Shown here: positions 51,941-63,715 of the stretch, one piece after another
How the letters are laid out: each line of letters opens with the position of its first letter
Numbering within the stretch: position 1 is the stretch's first letter
DNA from: Octopus sinensis
Taxonomy: Eukaryota
Reading direction: 5' to 3'
Length of the DNA: 64,000 nt
NCBI RefSeq assembly: GCF_006345805.1
Contig: NW_021836303.1
Location: 10,025-74,024 of the forward strand
Program-made: the position numbers and the translations under genes
Notes under the pieces: model-generated
Seen by the model: the letters and a program-made list of their open reading frames with translations, nothing else
Database searches by the model: none
What the model was told of the DNA's origin: nothing

Positions 51941-53433
51941 AAAAAATAAAAAAATAAATAAAATACTCTTTTAAGCATATATGGATATATGCATATTAGC
52001 ATTACTACATATTAGGTATACCTGCACCTATGCATTTATCTGATTTTGTTCTCTAGTGTATCTATCTATTCATTTAGTCATCTACTTATTTATTTATTTA
52101 TTTATTTATTTAATTATTTAAGTGTAGATATATACATATATATCAATTTTTTATTTTTAATAATTAATATATGGATACATGTATACTGGTTTGTACTTAT
52201 ATTATGTATGTAATTTTTAATTATTTCTTCTTTTTTATTTTATCACATTTTTAACTTAAGTATTTACAATTTATTAACTTATAATTAATTTAATTTCTGT
52301 TATTTACTTATATTTAACTGTATTAGTTAGTCCCCGGTGCGTTTGTTTATATCTGATGATACACAAGAATATGTATATCTGAGTGTAATTCTATTAGCTC
52401 GTAGGTTAGGTTCGTTGTTGGTTAAATATTAATATTATAATGGCACTGGATTTATTACGTTGAAAAGATATATATTTACTATAAAAAATTAATCTATAAT
52501 TTATAACTTAGCGTACATGCGATTATAACAAATTACCGTGTAATCGTTATGTTGACTACGGAAAAACCCGGTGTTCACATACTGCGTATACACCCTGCAA
52601 AAATAACATTCGATGTCGTGATATATAAATATATGTATCTTTAAAACAAATATTTTATGGAAATATATGAGTGGATCTATTTTGTTATTTTGTGGCATGC
52701 TTTTAGTTTTGAGAAGCTCAATGCCTGCATGGATAAGATTATACCTCTTTTATTATTTATTTATTTATTTATTTATGTGTTGGACTTGATTTGTGGATAT
52801 GTATGTGTATGAGTCTATGTGTGTGTGTATACATATAATTATGTATGTATGTGCGATTGATCTGTGGATGTGCGTGTGCGTATGTGCGTTTCTTGACTAA
52901 CTAACCGTAAAATTTCTTTTGTGATTCAAATTTTAAAGTATAAGCCAATCGAATTAATCTAGAATAATCAATATAAAGCGGACAGAATAACCAGACACTT
53001 GGATATGTAGATATCCGATGGATGTACTTGGTGCAGACATAACTGTATCTATTATTATTATTGTTATTATTATTAATATTAATAGTAATTATTTTTGACT
53101 TTTACAGGTTTATAATTTTATGAACTGAAATGTGGTTCTTTATTACTTTTCATGTATAAGTCTGATTTTAATTTAAATGTGAGTGTGCATATATCTTCCT
53201 GTGTGGTAGTCTTTAGAACTATTAACTCAATATGTAGAACAACTGAGCTTATTAATATATACTGATGTATATTTTGTTTTATTTTGTTTTGTGTATCTTG
53301 TATTATTGTATTAATGAATATATATATATATGTGTGGTATTATGGTGTCTATGCACACGTTTTTATATTTTACATTTTATATTGATATGTATATGGGAAA
53401 AAAAATTTTTTTCACAATTATAATTTATTAAAT

Positions 53434-53544
53434 TCTCTGAAGAGGCCGTGGGGTATCCTTGTTAATGTCTCATTTATACCTACCTTATATGGCTTATAGG
53501 TTAAATGAGGCATGATTGCCCTTACTGCCGAAACAGCTGTCAGA
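53434..53544 (+). ncRNA. Hammerhead ribozyme motif (canonical core, long stem II, palindromic stem III)
   Basis: TCT CTGAAGA GGCCGTGGGG...CCTTACTGCC GAAAC AGCT GTC AGA: 10-bp stem II with one mismatch and two GU pairs; ACAGCTGT palindrome; GUC cleavage triplet. Confidence 0.7.
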
Positions 53545-53716
53545 TATGATATAATTACATATTATATTTATATTTCTATTTCCTTGTCTAATTATATTTA
53601 CAGTATATTTTGTATAATGCATTTACTGTTACTGTAATGGGTAATAAAGTATATTGATTGGGTATCATCTGGGTTGATGTTTGATTGATTTAAGTATGTT
53701 TCTCCATTTTCTATTT

Positions 53717-53755
<39 letters not shown>

Positions 53756-53869
53756 AAACCTTACTTGGAAGAGGATGTGTGATGTCAATCATATGATAAT
53801 ACAAATAATATATATATATATATATGCAGATATAGACACGTAAATATACATACTTATCTATACATGTAT

Positions 53870-53930
<61 letters not shown>

Positions 53931-54175
53931 CACGTGATCAACTGGACCGACCAGACCATTCAGATGTTGCTACACATCGCAGGTCACATGCACTTCGCAT
54001 TGTTTTAGCCTTCGAATGACGCCATTTAAATAGAATGTTTCGCTGTGGATGAAATAAGGATGTAAAGGATGTAAACACATTCTTGTGGGTGCCATTGCTG
54101 TGAAGATTGAAGAAGTCTCCTGAAAGATCGTAACACAGTTTGTTGATTGCTTTGCAGAGAAAACCTTGCCCAAGA

Positions 54176-54216
<41 letters not shown>

Positions 54217-54247
54217 ACACACACACACACCACACACACACACACGA

Positions 54248-54290
<43 letters not shown>

Positions 54291-54340
54291 TGTGTTGGTG
54301 CAAATAGGAAAAAATAATTAAGATGAATATATGTATATTT

Positions 54341-54409
54341 ACGGAGTGACTTAAGGTCCAAAAGTTTCTTCGCCAACGCACGAAACTCTTGGATCTTGAG
54401 TCACTCCGT
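54341..54409 (+). ncRNA. 69-nt pre-miRNA-like hairpin
   Basis: acggagtgacttaaggtccaaaagtttc / gaaactcttggatcttgagtcactccgt: 28-bp stem with 2 GU pairs and 1 AC mismatch; 13-nt loop. Confidence 0.35.
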
Positions 54410-54445
54410 TACTTCTGCTAAACATTAACAAAAATTGTGTATATG

Positions 54446-54677
54446 TATTTCTTTACTACCCAGAAGGGGCTAAACATAGAGAGGACAAACAAGGACAGAC
54501 AAACGGATTAAGTCGATTACATCGACCCCAGTGCATAACTGGTACTTAATGTATCGACCCCGAAAGGATGAAAGGCAAAGTCAACCTCGGCGGAATTTGA
54601 ACTCATAACGTAGCGGCAGACGAAGTACGGCTACGCATTTCGCGCGGCGTGCTAAAGTTTCTGCCAGCTCGCCGCCT
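54446..54677 (-). mobile_element. Full-length SINE family A
   Basis: Reverse complement of the 19138 type. Confidence 0.85.
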
Positions 54678-55107
54678 TTGTGTATATGTGTGTGCTTGAT
54701 TGTGCGTGCGTGTTTGTATGTGTGTGTGCGTGTTTGTATGTATGTTTCTGCGTGTATTAAAATACTTTCTTGATAGAGCCATTATTTTCTTATCAGTTTC
54801 TTTATACTTAAAATAATTTATCTTAAACTGTAAACGAAGTAACACAAAGGCTGTTTTCAATTTTTCAGACGCTCGTGTTTTAAGATAATCTGTATACAAG
54901 AAGCTGCTCAATGTAGCGGCTTTCAAGATTTCCAGTTTAGTTCCGAATTTAGAGCTCGCGTAAAATTTTCTTCTTTTCTTTACGAAATTAATCACTTTAT
55001 TTCTTTATTTCGTACAAACCCACCAAAAAACAAACAAACAACAAAATTACTATTTGTATTGTCATGGTTAGCAGAAACAATTCACATTGCATTGATGGTG
55101 GATGGAA

Positions 55108-55502
55108 GCACTCCGTCGGTTGCGACGACGAGGGTTCCGGTTGATCCGAATCAACGGAACAGCCTGCTCGTGAAATTTACGTGTAAGTGGCTGAGCACTC
55201 CACAGACACGTGTACCCTTAACGTAGTTCTCGGGGATATTCAGCGTGACACAGAGAGTGACAAGGCCGCGGCCCTTTGAAATACAGGTACAGAAAGAAGA
55301 GAAGAGGAAGAGTGAGAGAAAGTTGTGGGAATGGTGAAAGAGTACAGCAGGGATCACCACCATCCCCTGTCGGAGCCTCGTGGAGCTTTTTTAGGGTTTT
55401 CGCTCATCATAAACACTTACGAGCCCCCCGGTCTGGGAATCGAAACCGCGATCCTACGACCGCGAGACCGCTGCCCTAACCACTGGGCCATTGCGCCTCC
55501 AC
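55108..55502 (-). mobile_element. Full-length SINE H1+T1
   Basis: Reverse complement of 15401. Confidence 0.88.
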
Positions 55503-55595
55503 GCAGTGATGGTACATCATGCAGTAAACAAGATATTTTTTTCAATTTATATTGGCATTAATCTTCCATTCCTTTGCATTCTATAATTATTTACA

Positions 55596-55915
55596 GGAGG
55601 GCGCGTGGCTTAGTGGTTAGGGCATTCGGCTCATGATCGTAAGGTTGTGAGTTCGATTCCAGGCGACGCGTTGTGTCCTTGAGCAAGACACTTTATTTCA
55701 CGTTGCTCCAGTCCACTCAGCTGGCAAAAATGAGTTGTACTTGTATTTCAAAGGGTCAGCCTTGTCACTCTCTGTGTCACGCTGATTATCCCCGAGAACT
55801 ACGTTAAGGGTACACGTGTCTGTGGAATGCTCAGCCATTTGCACGTTAATTTCACGAGCAAGCTGTTCCGTTGATCGTATCAGCTGGGACCCTCGTCGTC
55901 GTAACCGGCGGAGTC
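55596..55915 (+). mobile_element. SINE, head H2 (CORE-like) with tail T1
   Basis: H2 head and core as at 7584; from tgtacttgtatttcaaaggg onward it matches the T1 tail of 15401. Confidence 0.85.
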
Positions 55916-56370
55916 TTTTTTTTTAAAGATAATTATTTACTTTTACTATGTCCAATGATTTCACACGTCTCACACTGAAGCTCTTCACATTTTGTTGTTT
56001 GCATCATTCTTCCATGTTATGCGAAATGGCTTTTAAGATTGTGGGAGGCTAACATTTTTGGCTTGGTAGACTCTACACTATAGAGGAGCAAGGTTGAATA
56101 TAGAAGCATCTATCTTTCCGATTATGTCTCTCGGCCTCTCTCTTTTTCTGTATACATACATTTAATATATATATATATATATCTTCCTGCATATAAACAC
56201 GCACACACATACAAACACACAAACATATATACATATATGCATATATATATATTGTTGTATTTCGGAATGGTCATTTTGCCAGATTAGCCAATAAAAACAC
56301 ACGCACTATATATTTGATGTTACTTTGCATCAGTGTTATTGATTTTTTACATTAAACTTAATCTTATTTC

Positions 56371-56414
56371 GACCAGAGTTCTTTCGTCACACTCCTGTGA
56401 CCGCATCAGTAGTC
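56371..56414 (-). ncRNA. Minimal hammerhead-like motif (variant core CUGAUGC)
   Basis: Minus strand: GACTA CTGATGC G GTCAC aggagt GTGAC GAAA GAAC TC TGGTC; 5-bp stems I and II. Confidence 0.55.
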
Positions 56415-56501
56415 CTTTGCTTTCTTCTTTCTTATTTGTGTGTCTCTCCTTACTAACCGTATATGTGTGTGTGTGTGTATGTGTGTGTGTCTGTGTGTGT
56501 G

Positions 56502-56677
56502 GGGAGAGTAATTCTCTTTTAGTGCCTTATTATTTAACACACACACCGGTTAGATTTCCACTCTTTTTACTTATTTATTTATAGAAAAAACAAATAAATA
56601 AGTAAATAAATAAATGAGTGGAAATCGAAAAGGCGAGTGTGTTAAATAATAAGGCACCTAAAGAGAATGACTCTCCC
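56502..56677. repeat. 176-bp imperfect palindrome
   Basis: gggagagtaattctcttttagtgccttattatttaacacac / gtgtgttaaataataaggcacctaaagagaatgactctccc; inner gatttccactc/gagtggaaatc and ttacttatttattt/aaataaataagtaa. Confidence 0.85.
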
Positions 56678-56761
56678 TAGACACAATGAAAAATGCTTCA
56701 TCACACGAATTCACATAAAGAATCTTGTAAACCAAATCCTCAAACGAAATATATATATATA

Positions 56762-57932
56762 TCTCTTATTATAAAAGGCAGATTTTATCTGCCTCCCTTT
56801 GGGAGTTATAGAAATCTACAATATAGGATTTCTTCAATTACAATTTACCTAGCATTTTTAAGAGTAGAATGCATCGCGTCATGCCAGGTCCAGTTTTTAA
56901 AATTAAACTCCAATTAAGCAAAATTTACAGAAAACTCACATTCTGGTGTGTGTGTCAAATGCTTTTCTTAGTCTGGTTTACACCACACGCAAACGCACAC
57001 ACACAGTGTGCAATGAATAAAGTGAAACTAGATGTAATATTTGTTTCTGTCTATCACGCTGATAGATACATGAGTAAAATGTATGGGAAGCTAACAGATA
57101 AGAGTGAGTGAAAATGTTCTTGGAAGAGAGTAAATTAGCGACAGAGTGATTTGAGCAAGACTAAACTGAACGTATGAAACAGTGTTTATGTATAAACAGA
57201 CGACACTTATATAAACCCTTTCGTTACCAAACCCCCCCGAATTTACCTATTCATATTTAAATGAGAATATCAGAGTAAATCTCTTTAGTAATTCGTGAAA
57301 ACACGTATTATACTTCGTAAACACTTCAAATACAGTTTTGTACAAAAATCGAAGTGTAATTTTAATTCCGTGAATTATGGGAGATTTTTTTCCGAAATTT
57401 GTTCCTACTGTGTTTTCAAAATTGTAATTCTGACAAAAAATGGATACGAATTTCATTATATCAAGCAGCGAGTCAGAATTCGAAGGATTTTCTACTGAAG
57501 ACCTTCATAATCTAACTCTATGACTGAAAAAAAAGCATCTTTATATAAGAGTGAAGTTCTGTGTCTGTGCCCCTTCGATTTAGATTCGTAACTATCCCAC
57601 ATTTTGCGGTGCAGTCAGTTAACCAAAAGCGGGTATCTTATAGTCGTGATTCATATCGAGCCCTTGGGTATTAGCGCGCGTCTACGATGAGTCTACGATT
57701 TAAAAAAAATTTACCATCATATTTTTCCATTTTAATGCATTTTTTCGCTTTTATATAAGGGAAGTAACTCTCTAAAAATATCTACGATGTGTCAACGATT
57801 TAAAAAAAATTTACCTTAATTTTTTTTCAATTTTTAATGCATTTTTTTTGTATTTTTTGGCTATAACTCTCTAAAAATGCTTATATAGTTATTTCCCTTA
57901 CAAACCCGAGCAACGCCGGGCGATACTGCTAG
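56762..57932 (+). mobile_element. Non-autonomous Helitron, 1.17 kb
   Basis: Sits between A and T; 5' TCTCTTATTATAAAAGGCAG; 3' cccgagcaacgccggg-cgatactg-CTAG; last ~90 bp shared with 50888-51272. Confidence 0.8.
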
Positions 57933-57960
57933 TATATATATATATATATTTTTTTTTTTT

Positions 57961-58170
57961 CTCTTTTACTCTTTTACTTGTTTCAGTCATTTGACTGCGG
58001 CCATGCTGTAGCACCGCCTTTAATCGAGAAGCACTCGACCGGGACTTTTGTAAGCCCAGCATTATTCTATCGGTCTCTTCTGCCGAACCGCTAAGTAACG
58101 GGGGACATGAACACCCCAGCATGGTTGTCAAGCAATGCTAGGGGACAACACAGACACAAAAACACACACA

Positions 58171-58206
<36 letters not shown>

Positions 58207-58296
58207 CGACAGGCTTCTTCAGTTTCCGTCTACCAAATCCACTCACAAGGTTTTGGTCGGCCCGAGGCTATAGTAGAAGACACTTGCCCAAGGTGC

Positions 58297-58299
<3 letters not shown>
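57961..58299 (-). mobile_element. SINE family D lacking the tRNA head
   Basis: Matches 25234 and 51541 up to ccaaggtgccac, then (TA)n. Confidence 0.82.
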
Positions 58300-58328
<29 letters not shown>

Positions 58329-59049
58329 CACGTATGCATGTATGTATGTATGTATGAACCCCACTCTCACACACAATTAGTTATATAATAATAATTTAAT
58401 ATATCATAACATGCAAATGCGATGTGAGAGTGCAGTAAAATATATGTTCACCTGATGGCTTGTTGAAATCATGATGCGTTTCCCGTAATCACCTGAAGAG
58501 CATTCTTACTTCATTTGCGCCGCAGGTGGCTTTGGCACACACTCGAACATCGCAGTAATTTATTTTGTTTCTTATTTGTATATTATATAATTCCTTTCGC
58601 GCTCAGAGATGTCGTTCGTTATGTGTTTCCTCCGCTTCAGATATTTCGTGCACTGCATTAACTTTTAGTAGAGTTACACAAGAACGTTTGAGCAAATTGC
58701 GTAAGGAGATTTTTCTAGAGAATTCTTGATTCAAGAGCTCTGCTTTATTGTTTTACTTTTTTATTTTCTCTTTCAACAGATTTACATATTTCATCTATTT
58801 AGATCCGCAAAAAAAAAAAAACAAATACACACACACACACACACTCACTCATGCACATTCAGATATACAGACAGAGATACACACATGCAACACGCATTTT
58901 ATTTACTGTCCGCAAATGCTATCAGGCCTAGACTTCTAAGTTACAGTCGCACGTCTTCTGAAAGTATGAAATGATATGCACTCTACAAGGATGCATAGAA
59001 CATACACTACAGTTTAAGATTAAATAATTCCCTTTGTAATTTAACCTTC

Positions 59050-59210
59050 TTTGGATCTTTCCTTCTCCTATGTTTTCGACGAAGAGCTCCGCTCGAAACG
59101 TTAAATCCTCCTTCTTTCCTTCTTTCCTGAGCGTCCAATAATACTATATTTGTTAAACGTCCTCGCGTTGTTGTGTTTTTTGTGCTTTCTTGTTTGGATT
59201 AACTTAATAT
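59050..59210 (+). mobile_element. Short repeat family F with a degenerate hammerhead-like motif (59072-59106)
   Basis: Paralogue of 36990; core reads TCGACGA; followed by (TA)n. Confidence 0.65.
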
Positions 59211-59216
59211 TATATA

Positions 59217-59264
<48 letters not shown>

Positions 59265-59370
59265 ACGTATGTATATATATACGTATATATATACGTACAT
59301 ATATATGTATATATATATATGTATATGTATATATATAACATGCATACGTATATGTATATATGTTTGTATA

Positions 59371-59413
<43 letters not shown>

Positions 59414-59669
59414 TACACGTAGATATATGTAAGTTGTAATAATGAAATCAACCGAACGGTTATATTACGTACGTTTCAGATCTGCGTAATATGTAACAGG
59501 AAATTCAAGATGTTCCTGAGTTGAACATTACTTTTTCAAACCATTTAATATAAAAATGTTGTTACTGAGAAACGTCTTACATAATGGATGAATTTCCTGT
59601 TATATTTCGCAATCCTGAAAGCTGCCTATTAAATCATTTTGAAAAATCACATTCAGTTTCATTTCGTTA

Positions 59670-59678
59670 TAACTCTAT

Positions 59679-59720
<42 letters not shown>

Positions 59721-60340
59721 ATATATAATATATATAATATACATACATACATACATACATACATACATACATACATACATACAAACATACATACATACAT
59801 ACATACATACATACATACATACATACATACATACATACATACATACATACACACATACATCATACATACATACATACATACATACATACATACATCATAC
59901 ATACATACATACATACATACATACATACATACATACATACATACATACATACATACATACATACATACTACATACATACATACATACATACATACATACT
60001 ACATACAACACATACTACATACATACATACATACATACATACACAACATCATACATACATACATACATACATACATACATACATACATACATACATACAT
60101 ACAATACATACATACATACATACATACATACATACATACATACATACATACATACATACATACATACATACATACTACATACATACATAATACATACATA
60201 CATACATACATACATACATACATACATACATACATACATACATACATACATACATACATACATACATACATACATACATACATACATACATACATACATA
60301 CATACATACATACATACATACATACATACATACATACATA
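59670..60340. repeat. (TA)n + (CATA)n microsatellite
   Basis: Seen directly. Confidence 0.95.
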
Positions 60341-60353
60341 CTAGAGACTAGAG

Positions 60354-60732
60354 GCACTCCGTCGGTTACGACGACGAGGGTTCTGGTTGATCCGATCAAC
60401 GGAACAGCCTGCTCGTGAAATTTACGTGTAAGTGGCTGAGCACTCCACAGACACGTGTACCCTTAACGTAGTTCTCGGGGATATTCAGCGTGACACAGAG
60501 AGTGACAAGGCCGGCCCTTTGAAATACAGGTACAACAGAAAGAGGAAGTAAGAGTGAGAGAAAGTTGTGGTGAAAGAGTACAGCAGGGATCACCACCATC
60601 CCCTGCCGGAGTCTCGTCAAGCTTAAGGTGTTTTCGGTCAATAAACACTCACAACGCCCGGTCTGGGAATCGAAATCGCGAACCTACGACCGTGAGTCCA
60701 CTATCTTAACCGCTGGGCCATTGCCCCTCCAC
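60354..60732 (-). mobile_element. Full-length SINE H1+T1
   Basis: Reverse complement of 15401. Confidence 0.87.
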
Positions 60733-60800
60733 ACAACACACACATATATATATGCATTATACATGCATATATATGTATATACATACACAATATACAGCCC

Positions 60801-60864
<64 letters not shown>

Positions 60865-61562
60865 TTTGTTTTTTGTTTGTTTTTGTGTTTGTGTGTTCGC
60901 GCGTGTGCCTCTGTCAGTGTGTGCGTGTGATGGGATGTAATACTCGAGCCTCAAAAAATATGATATATCCTGTAGTTATAGCAACTCATTTCGTTTTTTC
61001 TTTATTATCTCTTTAGGTGTTTTAAATGTCCTCAATATAATTCTGTGGTCGTTGTATTACTAATTCAAGTGACACTACCATTACATTTTGCAGGGATTGT
61101 GTTGGAGATTACATTTCTAAAAAATGCTTGTAACGCATGGTGGTTTTGTGTGTGTGAAGTTTCCTTTAAAATACTGTCGCTTTATATTTTAATTTCGGCT
61201 ATCACATACACATGTACACGCACACACATAAGTATCCCTTTATACATATGTATATATGCATTACAGCTTATATACTGAATCTCATATATAATATGAGATT
61301 CTGCTTATAGAACCATTAGTACTATGGGCGTAAGTAAAATCGAATGAACTAATTTGCATATAAAACGCATTTTTGTCGACTATTTCGTTTAATAAATTAC
61401 TGATGCGTTAATGGTGCTTTCTTTTAGTGCTTTACACTTATACACTACATAGGCTAGATATCATTCTAGATTTTATGTCCAGGAAGATGTATATAGATCA
61501 ATATCTTCATGTCTGAATTATACATAAAGGGTTCTAGTGTTGGCTAAAAGAAGCTCTACAAT

Positions 61563-61564
61563 AC

Positions 61565-61595
<31 letters not shown>

Positions 61596-61969
61596 CATAC
61601 ATACATACACATACACACATACATACATACATACATACACACATACATACATACACACACACATACATACATACATACATACATACATACACACATACAT
61701 ACATACATACATAAATACACACATACATACATACATACTACACACATACATACATACACACATACATACATAAATACACACATACATACATACACACACA
61801 CACACATACATGCATACATATATACATACATACACACATACATACATACATACATACATACATACATACACACACACATACATACATACACACATACATA
61901 CATACATACACGCATACAAACATACATACAGACATACATACATGCATACACACATACATACATACATAC

Positions 61970-62000
<31 letters not shown>

Positions 62001-62060
62001 TACATACATACATACATACATACGTATGTGTGTGCGTGTGCGTGTGCGTGTGTGTGTGTG
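61563..62060. repeat. (CATA)n/(CA)n microsatellite
   Basis: Seen directly. Confidence 0.95.
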
Positions 62061-62904
62061 AGTGTGTTCCTATGTATGTATGAGTGTATGCGTTGCACGT
62101 AGGATGTTCTGTGATGTTATAAATGAGAGTGTCATAAGGATGAAAGTAACTCTACATTCTGAATTCAATTCACACTTGATTGCGTGTGACGGCCATATAT
62201 TTAATAGGCTAAGAATTAAACATTTATAGGACACAAGGATCTTGTTTGCAGGCAATAAGTTTCGCATTAAGTGGCGTTGTGTTAAAATAACTAGTGAAGC
62301 GGCGCTTGCAGTTACTGTATTTGCTAAAACATTCCCTGAATAATGCGACGCCTTTGTACACAATCGTAAATATCTCGTGGATCTTCTTTTAAATGTAGAT
62401 GTGACAAGGTTTTTATATAAGGGTGAATGTCTTAACGGTTCTCTATTGGTATAAATGAGAAAACTGATCAACGTTTGAACATTGTCAAGGATGTTATAAC
62501 ACTCCTGTTTGGTGGTGATATTTTAGAAACTCTGAGGGCGGAGAACTGACTGTATCGTTAAGATGCTGGGCAAAATGGTTAGCGGTGTTTCGTCCATCTT
62601 TACGTTCTGAGTTCACATTCAGCCGAGGTCGACTTTCATTCTTTCAGAATCGATAAAATAAGTACCAGTTGAACACTGGCTACAGGTAAGCAAGCTACAA
62701 ACTCTATGCTTGGAATGACCAATTTTTTTTAGTATTATTGGAACTTACAAGGTACTGGAATCTTGTATGTATACCATTCTGACTAAATAATGGAACTGAA
62801 GATGCAATATCCCTGCATATTTCACATCTATTTTCATTCCTCCACTTCATTCTCTATTTCATATCTTATTTAGAATAACTATTGCTTAACAATTTTCTCA
62901 CACC

Positions 62905-62952
62905 GTCTCTGATGAAGGGGTATATAAAACATCCCGGAAACAGCTGTAAGAC
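62905..62952 (+). ncRNA. Hammerhead ribozyme motif (canonical core, palindromic stem III)
   Basis: GTCT CTGATGA A GGG..CCC G GAAAC AGCT GTA AGAC; same ACAGCTGT stem III as 53434. Confidence 0.6.
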
Positions 62953-63078
62953 ATTCTATCTATTAATGTTCTGACACCTTTCACAGCCTTGGATTTATAT
63001 CTCATTCTGTTAATTTAATATATATATATATATATAAAACCATCGATACGGAAGACAGAGTGTATTGGAAATTTTATT

Positions 63079-63186
63079 TATCACAACGATCGTTTCGGCA
63101 TGCTTCTGTACTGCTCACTTGTAGGTGGGGAACGATATGAAATCGAATGCACCCCGTGGTGCAGAAGACACATCATCATGTGATAC
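63079..63186 (-). ncRNA. Degenerate hammerhead-like motif (core AUGAUGA)
   Basis: Minus strand: TATCAC ATGATGA ..CTTCTG...CAGAAG.. CC GAAAC GATC GTT GTGATA; 6-bp stem I; ACGATCGT palindrome. Confidence 0.4.
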
Positions 63187-63207
63187 AATAGGTTTGTCTC
63201 TCTTTCT

Positions 63208-63678
63208 ATGGACGTCATTTGCTCTCTCTCTCTGGACGTATTTCCCTCTCTCCCTGGACGTCTAACTCTCTCTCTCTCTGGATATCTCTTTCTCTTTCTT
63301 TCTCTCTCGCACTGGACGTCTCTCTTTCTCTCTCTCTCTGGACGTCCCTCTCTCAGAACGTTTCTCTCTCTCTCTAGACGTCTCTCTCTCTCTTTGGACG
63401 TCTCTCTCTCTCTCGAGACGTGTCTCTCTCTCTTAGGACGTCTCTCTATCTCTCTCTAGACGTCTCTCTCTCTCTTTGGACGTCTCTCTCTCTCTCTGGA
63501 CGTGTCTCTCTCTCTTAGGACGTCTCTCTCTCTCTCTCTAGACGTCTCTCTCTCTGTGGATCTCTGTCTCTGTCTCTCTCTCTCTCTGGACGTCTCTCTC
63601 CCCCTGCCTGTCTGTCTCTGCTTGTCAGTCTCTGTCTGTCTGTCTGTCTGTCTGTCTCTGTCTGTCTGTCTGTCTGTC

Positions 63679-63714
<36 letters not shown>

Positions 63715-63715
63715 A
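63208..63715. repeat. GGACGTCTCTCTCTC minisatellite grading into (CT)n/(CTGT)n
   Basis: gacgt anchor about every 20 bp. Confidence 0.92.

Noticed and set aside
61390-62471. Possible Penelope GIY-YIG C-terminal remnant split by (CATA)n
   Set aside because: Only scattered residues match, across several frameshifts; cannot be supported without an alignment
62795-62825. CTGAAGA TGCA-loop-TGCA
   Set aside because: No GAAA after stem II
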